Shown here: positions 23,661-28,948 of the stretch, piece after piece
Layout of the letters: every line of letters starts with the position of its first letter
Numbering within the stretch: position 1 is the first letter of the stretch
DNA from: a virus
Lineage: Duplodnaviria; Caudoviricetes
IMG/VR virus record: IMGVR_UViG_3300034130_000002
Span: 1 to 28,948 of that record
Strand: one strand, 5' to 3'
DNA length: 28,948 nucleotides
Made by a program: the position numbers and the translations under genes
The notes under the pieces: generated by a model
Databases searched by the model: none
Seen by the model: only the letters and a program-made list of their open reading frames with translations
What the model was told of the DNA's origin: nothing

Positions 23661-24256
23661 ATGCCACGCACCGAGTTAGAAGAGTTGCCGTAAGCTTGCG
23701 TGCCGTTGAGTTTCTGCTGTGTGGTCTGTGAACTGTACGCTTGCTTCGCGCCCACGTTCTCATTGCCACTAGCGCTGGTAAGCACCAGTCCAGTGGCGAA
23801 AGGCGTAGAGCTTTTTTTCTTTTTTGGCGAAGATATTTTCTTGTACGAGGGGGACACTTGCCGAATCTGGACGAACTCCAGATCCACTACGAGCATGTTA
23901 GCTCCCTTGGACTGCTCACGTGGGTAGCTGAATTTTTCGAGCGTCATGCTTGTGTAGATTGCTTCCGGCGTGTAGATGCTATATAGGTTTGCCGCCGCCA
24001 CTTCGGTTTCAAGCACGACGATGAGCGCGGCCATGCCTGACTGCCCGCCCACCGCAAGACGAATCTTGGCTTTGGACGGCTCAAGAACTTTGTTGTAGCT
24101 TGTGAACGCCCCAAGTTCCACAGGAAAATCGCTGACCTTGGAATCGTGGTTGTACTTCAGGTCAAGAAAAGTGTCAACTGCGAACACTGCGTTACCGGAC
24201 GCAGTGTAGACGCCCCACGTATTTACCGGAGAAGTGAAAGAAGTAGCGGCGGCCAT
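23657..24256 (-). CDS. Dit-like tail tube initiator / baseplate protein
   Basis: VSDFPVELGAFTSYNKV..P...LYSIYTPEAIY; immediately follows the tape measure gene. Confidence 0.78.
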   Translation of the reverse strand: MAAATSFTSPVNTWGVYTASGNAVFAVDTFLDLKYNHDSKVSDFPVELGAFTSYNKVLEPSKAKIRLAVGGQSGMAALIVVLETEVAAANLYSIYTPEAIYTSMTLEKFSYPREQSKGANMLVVDLEFVQIRQVSPSYKKISSPKKKKSSTPFATGLVLTSASGNENVGAKQAYSSQTTQQKLNGTQAYGNSSNSVRGI

Positions 24257-25896
24257 TAGAATGCTCCATCACTCTGGTTCACAACATTTTCAAGTGCCCC
24301 GCCCACCCCGTTAGCGACACCGTGTGCGTCGGTGGCCTGTGTCTCCACGGTCAGCTTTTCAATGTTGATGTGCTTGGAGTTATCCGAGTGGTGGCTAGAG
24401 GACATGATGCTGCTCCGCGTGGCCGGGGATATGGCCGCACCGGCTCTGGGGGCGGGCGTGCTGTGCGCACTCGGTGCCTGGAACATTCCGCCAACACCAG
24501 CGTAGGCGGGCTGAGGACTCCCAGTGTGTGCTACCGTGGAATTGACCGTAGCGGAGAGTGTGCCGCCGAGAATTTTGTTGAACGCCGATACGACCGTGGA
24601 GATCACCTTTCCTACCGTGGCCAGCTTGCCCTCTATCCAATTCAGCGCAGCGGCGGCGGCATTCTTGATCAATCCCCATGCGGCCTCGAAAACGTGAAAC
24701 TTCACACCAAGTGCCACGATGATGCCGATCACCGCTGCTATTCCGGCAATGATCCACGCGATAGGCCCGAGCCCCATGATCCATGCCGCAGCCATCTGAA
24801 TGCCGGCCCATGTTGCGGCTGCTCCGGTAGCAATCCACCCACCAACCACAACAGCGGCGCTAGCCACGGCCTGCGCAGCGTGGGCGATCCACCCAAAGAT
24901 CATCTTGCCAGCGGCAGCGGCAGATTTGGCGGCGGCGCTTTCCGCGTGCGTCTCCACGCCAAAGAATGCCAGAATGATCTGCGCGCTATGCGCCATGGCC
25001 ATGATGGAGTGCGCAGCCCACGCGGCGATGGACAGGGCTGCGCTGTGGATGGTGGCGATAGCCATGAACCCAGCCACGGCAGCGATGCCGATCAGTACGT
25101 CCTTGACTACCTGCCCATGATCTACAGCCCAATCACTGAAGTTCAGGAGCGCATCGCCTAGCTTCTGCATGGCCGGGAGCACCCACTGGGCAATAGTCTC
25201 TGTCACCTTGTCCATGGAGAATTTCAAATTCTTCATCATCTCCTCGGTGGCCGCTGACCGCGCCAGGTCTGCGTCCGAAGCGACGTACTTCTTGTTCTCA
25301 TCGATCAGTTCGTGCATCTTCTCCTTGCCCTGGATAAGAAGACGAACCTGCGCATCACTCATGCCTAGTCTGGAAAGCGCGGCCTTGGCCCGGAAGAAGT
25401 CCATGCCCTGCATTTTCTCGGAAAGGATGTCCATGGCTTCGATGGGGCCCTTGCCCTTGAACAACTTCTCTCCCAGCTTTTCAGCGGACTTGCCCACGCC
25501 GCCCATAACGATACCGAGCGCGGTAGCCGCCATCTTCGCACGCGGCAAGGCGGTGCCAATTGCGGCTAGCTTGGTTCCAAGCTGCTCCACCGCCTGCATG
25601 GTGCCTTCCATGGAGCCGCCCTCTTTCTCAGAAGCCATGCCGAGAGCTTCGATCTCCTGGGACGCCGTGTGCGTCTCCTTGGCGAGGCGACCAAGGGCAA
25701 CTTGCGATTGGATCATGTGTTCCGTGAACGCCGCGAGCGCGCCCACACTGGCCATAACGCCGAAGAATTCCAGCGCGTGCTCCTTCAATCCCTCGAAAAA
25801 CTCCTTGCCCTTTTCTGCCTGCTTTTCCATGCCCTGCTCGAACTTGGTTGCGTCAAGTCCGAGCGAGACAAGGAGTTCTTCGAGTTGACTGGCCAT
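24256..25896 (-). CDS. Tape measure protein
   Basis: EELLVSLGLD start, Ala-rich helical body with hydrophobic stretches; lies after the chaperone genes. Confidence 0.85.
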   Translation of the reverse strand: MASQLEELLVSLGLDATKFEQGMEKQAEKGKEFFEGLKEHALEFFGVMASVGALAAFTEHMIQSQVALGRLAKETHTASQEIEALGMASEKEGGSMEGTMQAVEQLGTKLAAIGTALPRAKMAATALGIVMGGVGKSAEKLGEKLFKGKGPIEAMDILSEKMQGMDFFRAKAALSRLGMSDAQVRLLIQGKEKMHELIDENKKYVASDADLARSAATEEMMKNLKFSMDKVTETIAQWVLPAMQKLGDALLNFSDWAVDHGQVVKDVLIGIAAVAGFMAIATIHSAALSIAAWAAHSIMAMAHSAQIILAFFGVETHAESAAAKSAAAAGKMIFGWIAHAAQAVASAAVVVGGWIATGAAATWAGIQMAAAWIMGLGPIAWIIAGIAAVIGIIVALGVKFHVFEAAWGLIKNAAAAALNWIEGKLATVGKVISTVVSAFNKILGGTLSATVNSTVAHTGSPQPAYAGVGGMFQAPSAHSTPAPRAGAAISPATRSSIMSSSHHSDNSKHINIEKLTVETQATDAHGVANGVGGALENVVNQSDGAF

Positions 25897-25897
25897 G

Positions 25898-26125
25898 TTA
25901 ATCCGCCTTCACCATCAAGTTCTGGTTGTAGTTGTTCACCGAAATTACTTCGTAGAGATTGTACATATCTTCGGTGCCGTAGACGGTCTGTAGTTCGTGG
26001 AGCGTGGCGTACTTGCTGCTGATTACCACGCCGGAGATAGCGCTGACATTCTCGTAATCTACGAACTTGTACTTGGGGCTGCTCTGGAAACCCAAGTCCG
26101 GATTTTTTCGGCCAGAGAAAAACCC
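25898..26125 (-). CDS. Tail assembly chaperone extension (gpGT-like, expressed via -1 frameshift)
   Basis: ATLHELQTVYGTEDMYNLYEVI; no good independent start; the -1 frame is open from the slippery site G GGT TTT at 26125-26119. Confidence 0.75.
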   Translation of the reverse strand, partial: GFFSGRKNPDLGFQSSPKYKFVDYENVSAISGVVISSKYATLHELQTVYGTEDMYNLYEVISVNNYNQNLMVKAD

Positions 26126-26496
26126 ATGTGCAATTTCAGCACCTCCTTGCGCAGAAAAATGACCGTGTCGATTTCCTCAAGGTCGAAGTCGTTCAAGGAG
26201 CGAGTCAGCAACGGCTCCTTGATCTGGACGCACTTCATCATCTCGTCCAATAGCGGCTCCACAGCATCCCAGTTTGCGCCGGAAAGCATTCCCACGCCCA
26301 TCGCGGCGAGGGTAGCCATGCTCGCGCCGGCCGCACTCTGGGGCATGGCGATCTTGCCGTTGCCGACGATGGCGAGAACGGCGCGGTACGCCCACTTCTC
26401 AGCGGGAATAGCAGCCATCTCGGTGATGTGAAAAACCTTGCCCTTGTCGCGTCCTTCAGTGTTGATGATGATGTCGATCTCTTTTCGGCTCCCCAT
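26059..26496 (-). CDS. Tail assembly chaperone (gpG-like)
   Basis: GRDKGKVFHITEM.A..AEKWA.R...PLLDEMMKCVQ...LRKEVLKLH; lies between the tube and tape measure genes. Confidence 0.82.
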   Translation of the reverse strand: MGSRKEIDIIINTEGRDKGKVFHITEMAAIPAEKWAYRAVLAIVGNGKIAMPQSAAGASMATLAAMGVGMLSGANWDAVEPLLDEMMKCVQIKEPLLTRSLNDFDLEEIDTVIFLRKEVLKLHMGFSLAEKIRTWVSRAAPSTSS

Positions 26497-26498
26497 GG

Positions 26499-26930
26499 CT
26501 ACATGTTCGCTTTCTGGACGCTCTCGAAGCTGATCTCGAATTCCTGCGCTTCGAGCATCTTCTTGGCGTCCGGAATGGGCTTGTAGTTGACGAGCCCGCC
26601 GTTGGTGCAGTTGTACTTGGCCCCGTTGCCCGGCATGGTGATCACCATGCCTCCGGCGATGGCGTCCTGATTCTGCACCTGGGCGTAGTACCACTGATCG
26701 AAGTAGGCGATGGAATAGGAGTCCGCCGCGAACTTGAACTTGATCTTGACCGGGTGCGGAAGCCAGCCGAGACTCTGGTGGCCGTCCACGCCCATGACGA
26801 CTTCGGTAGCGGCAACGGAGTCGGAGGTGAACATATCGTCAGCGGCCCACTGTCCGAGTGCCACACCGGAAGAAAGCACGCCGGGCACCGTGAGAATGAT
26901 GGTCGCATTTGCGGAAGTGATCGTGCCCAT
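26499..26930 (-). CDS. Tail tube protein
   Basis: TITSANA...WAADDMF...MGVDG...P.AKKMLE; follows the sheath gene. Confidence 0.82.
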   Translation of the reverse strand: MGTITSANATIILTVPGVLSSGVALGQWAADDMFTSDSVAATEVVMGVDGHQSLGWLPHPVKIKFKFAADSYSIAYFDQWYYAQVQNQDAIAGGMVITMPGNGAKYNCTNGGLVNYKPIPDAKKMLEAQEFEISFESVQKANM

Positions 26931-26940
26931 GGAGCGCTCC

Positions 26941-28692
26941 TTATTGGATGTTGACCGACGCGATGGTCATCTGATTGACGGACCCGCCATCCATGTACCA
27001 CAGCGTGGTTACTGGGGAGGTGCGGTTGGCGCGCATGGTGGGCGTGGCGTTCTGAACCTGGAAGTACCAGCCACGCTGGTTGAGCGTGGGGTCGATGACG
27101 ATCCCGGCAGCGGCATCCACGGCGGAGATCTGCGCTGAAGAAAGCGTAACGCCGGGATTGATCACGCCGTTCTTGAGCGCCATCTGCACGGGCGACCCGA
27201 CGCCGGTAGTGACCGCGCTATCGATCATCGCGTAGCCAGCTTGGTTGTACGGGATGTACTGCTGGAGGAGCATGTTGTTCACTTCGGCGAGCTGAATGGC
27301 GGCATTGAGCCAGATAGCGCCCACGTACGAATCAAGCCACCCATAGGAGCCGCTGATCCAGCCATTGGTGAAAACGTTGAACGCGTAGTTGGCGGTAGCG
27401 AACGCTCCGTAGAAGTTGGTGAAATTAGCGATGGCGTTGGCGTAGGATGTGGGGTCGGAGATCGTGGCCGCGATGCCCGTGCCTTGCTTGGCCTGGATTG
27501 CCGCGCGCCCATTCTTGGCATTCCAGTTAATGCTTGCGATGAACCCGAGTGCGAAAGCCGCCGCATCAGGACCGCCGTTTGCATTGGCGTATACCGGGAA
27601 GCATCCTGCATAGCTGTTCGTGCGTACCCAGTAGGAAATGCACGTAGTGGACGCATTGCTGGAGGTGATCGTGGCGTCGGAATCGTAAGGCGCGTAGACG
27701 AACTGTCCGCCAGTGGAGGAGGTCCACGAAGCAAACGCCATCTTGTCGGCGATGATCGGCTCGAAGGCCGTAGTGAACCCGGCCCAGTTCTGGGTATAAA
27801 GATCCAGCGCAGCCATTGCGACGGCCGGAGTCATCGCGGCGGCGGTGCCGAGCGAGATGGTGCCGCCCGCTCCAAGCCCCATCGCAGCAACGGCGGCAGA
27901 GGTTCCGCCACAGATCGTGACCGCACCGGCGCCGGTAGTTCCGGAAGTGATGGTGAACGCGTTGAAAAGCGAGTTGTAGGTGCAGGTAGTTCCGGCAGGA
28001 GCGCCGCCAGTGATCAACTGCGCGGCGAGCACGACGCCGGCATTCGAGATGGAGGTCGCGGTGGAGAGGTTGACGGTAGTGACGGACACGGCCGCACCAT
28101 TGAGCGTCATGGTCAGCGTGCCAGTGGTAATAGCCTGTAGCGCGGCCAGGGTAGTAGTAGCCGGAAGCGACACTCCGCGCATAAACCCGCCGAGAGCCAC
28201 CTGGGAGTATCGCGAGAACCAGAGCGCCGTGGGCTTGAGCGTGCCGAGCGTGTAACCGTTGAAGTAGATCTGCGCCATGTTGTATTCCAGCGAGTTGCTG
28301 GTGACACTCTGCGCAGTGGCCTGGGTCCACGTGGTGTTGATGGTGACGGTGCCCACGCCGGTTCCGGACGTGTAGGTGCCTAGCGCAGTGATGTACGTTC
28401 CGGGGGGGCACCCAGTAGCGAGCAAGCCCTGAATGGCCTGGCCCACTGCGAGCGTGCCGCTGGTGGTGGACACGATGGTTAGCGTGCTGCCCGTGCACGT
28501 AGCGGTCCCGGACCACGCGTAGCTTCCGAAGTAGGCGAGCACCTGCGCGGCGCTCGCAAAGCTGATCGGCGCGCCGACCGGGAGGTTGGGGGAGTTGGTC
28601 AAAATCATTCCATTGAGAGCAAGCGGATTCCCGCCCGCGCTCAGTACGCTAGGAACGACGCTGACAATGTTGGAGGCAGGAATCGTGTTCAT
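26941..28692 (-). CDS. Tail sheath protein (DUF3383 type)
   Basis: IPASNIVSVVPSVLSAGG, EYNMAQIYFNGY, QNWAGFTT, WLDSYV..IWLN, IPYNQAGY, RANRTSP...WYMDGGSV. Confidence 0.9.
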   Translation of the reverse strand: MNTIPASNIVSVVPSVLSAGGNPLALNGMILTNSPNLPVGAPISFASAAQVLAYFGSYAWSGTATCTGSTLTIVSTTSGTLAVGQAIQGLLATGCPPGTYITALGTYTSGTGVGTVTINTTWTQATAQSVTSNSLEYNMAQIYFNGYTLGTLKPTALWFSRYSQVALGGFMRGVSLPATTTLAALQAITTGTLTMTLNGAAVSVTTVNLSTATSISNAGVVLAAQLITGGAPAGTTCTYNSLFNAFTITSGTTGAGAVTICGGTSAAVAAMGLGAGGTISLGTAAAMTPAVAMAALDLYTQNWAGFTTAFEPIIADKMAFASWTSSTGGQFVYAPYDSDATITSSNASTTCISYWVRTNSYAGCFPVYANANGGPDAAAFALGFIASINWNAKNGRAAIQAKQGTGIAATISDPTSYANAIANFTNFYGAFATANYAFNVFTNGWISGSYGWLDSYVGAIWLNAAIQLAEVNNMLLQQYIPYNQAGYAMIDSAVTTGVGSPVQMALKNGVINPGVTLSSAQISAVDAAAGIVIDPTLNQRGWYFQVQNATPTMRANRTSPVTTLWYMDGGSVNQMTIASVNIQ

Positions 28693-28702
28693 GCTGTGTC
28701 CT

Positions 28703-28948
28703 CTATAGGTGGTATGCCCTCGGCACGTTGATGATGTCTACCGTGGGAGCGGTTGTCAGGAATTGCTGCGGCGTGGCTATGGAGAAGATGACATTGACAT
28801 GCACCTTCACCGTCCACCTCTGCTCATATTGACTCTCCTCATTGACGATGGCTGTGTAACGGCCTTCCTCCGCAAAAAGCGGCTCGATGGTGATGCTGTT
28901 CGCTGCGCCAAAAGCCTCGAAGAACGTTGTAGCTATTTCGGTTTTGAA
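28703..28948 (-). CDS. Neck/tail terminator-like protein, C-terminal part (5' partial)
   Basis: Hand translation: ...IEPLFAEEG...VNEESQYEQRWTVKVHVN...PQQF...YHL*; directly upstream of the sheath gene. Confidence 0.7.
   Translation of the reverse strand, partial: FKTEIATTFFEAFGAANSITIEPLFAEEGRYTAIVNEESQYEQRWTVKVHVNVIFSIATPQQFLTTAPTVDIINVPRAYHL

Noticed and set aside
4623-28516. Long antisense or alternate-frame ORFs (e.g. 4623-5594, 7113-8018, 10195-10953, 24322-25161, 27241-28140, 27566-28516)
   Set aside because: Shadows of GC-rich genes with recognisable products; no motifs or start signals.
1-28948. Stop-codon reassignment, tRNA genes, integrase/att site
   Set aside because: Conserved genes are intact under the standard code and end in TAG, TGA and TAA; no cloverleaf or recombinase recognised by eye.

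Overview
The window is a fragment of a tailed dsDNA phage (about 55-60% GC by eye) with two converging arms. The left arm (+, 1-9716) carries a replication/modification module: the C-terminus of a family A DNA polymerase, a PD-(D/E)XK exonuclease, VRR-NUC, DUF6378, two methyltransferase-like genes, an HNH endonuclease and an SNF2-like helicase. A sigma70-like promoter and a run of small early-type genes follow. The right arm (-, 10167-28948) carries a contractile-tail module (neck protein, DUF3383-type sheath, tube, frameshifted chaperone, tape measure, baseplate, fibre), a large tailspike-like protein with an unexpected signal peptide, a GH108 endolysin cassette and four small genes. The most striking element is non-coding: at the point of convergence lies a gapless, degenerate 230-bp palindrome (9886-10115). 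Its three high-identity arm pairs share one exact centre (10000/10001), and it carries an 8-bp-phased TAG array and operator-like boxes. It sits inside a 2.65-kb segment bracketed by a 12-bp direct repeat, whose other end holds a tandem array of Shine-Dalgarno+ATG units. Upstream of the helicase there are scars of serial cassette insertion, including a duplicated helicase 5' end fused to a methyltransferase-like tail. All family calls come from motif recognition by eye; no searches were run. No integrase, tRNA, CRISPR array or reverse transcriptase was seen.
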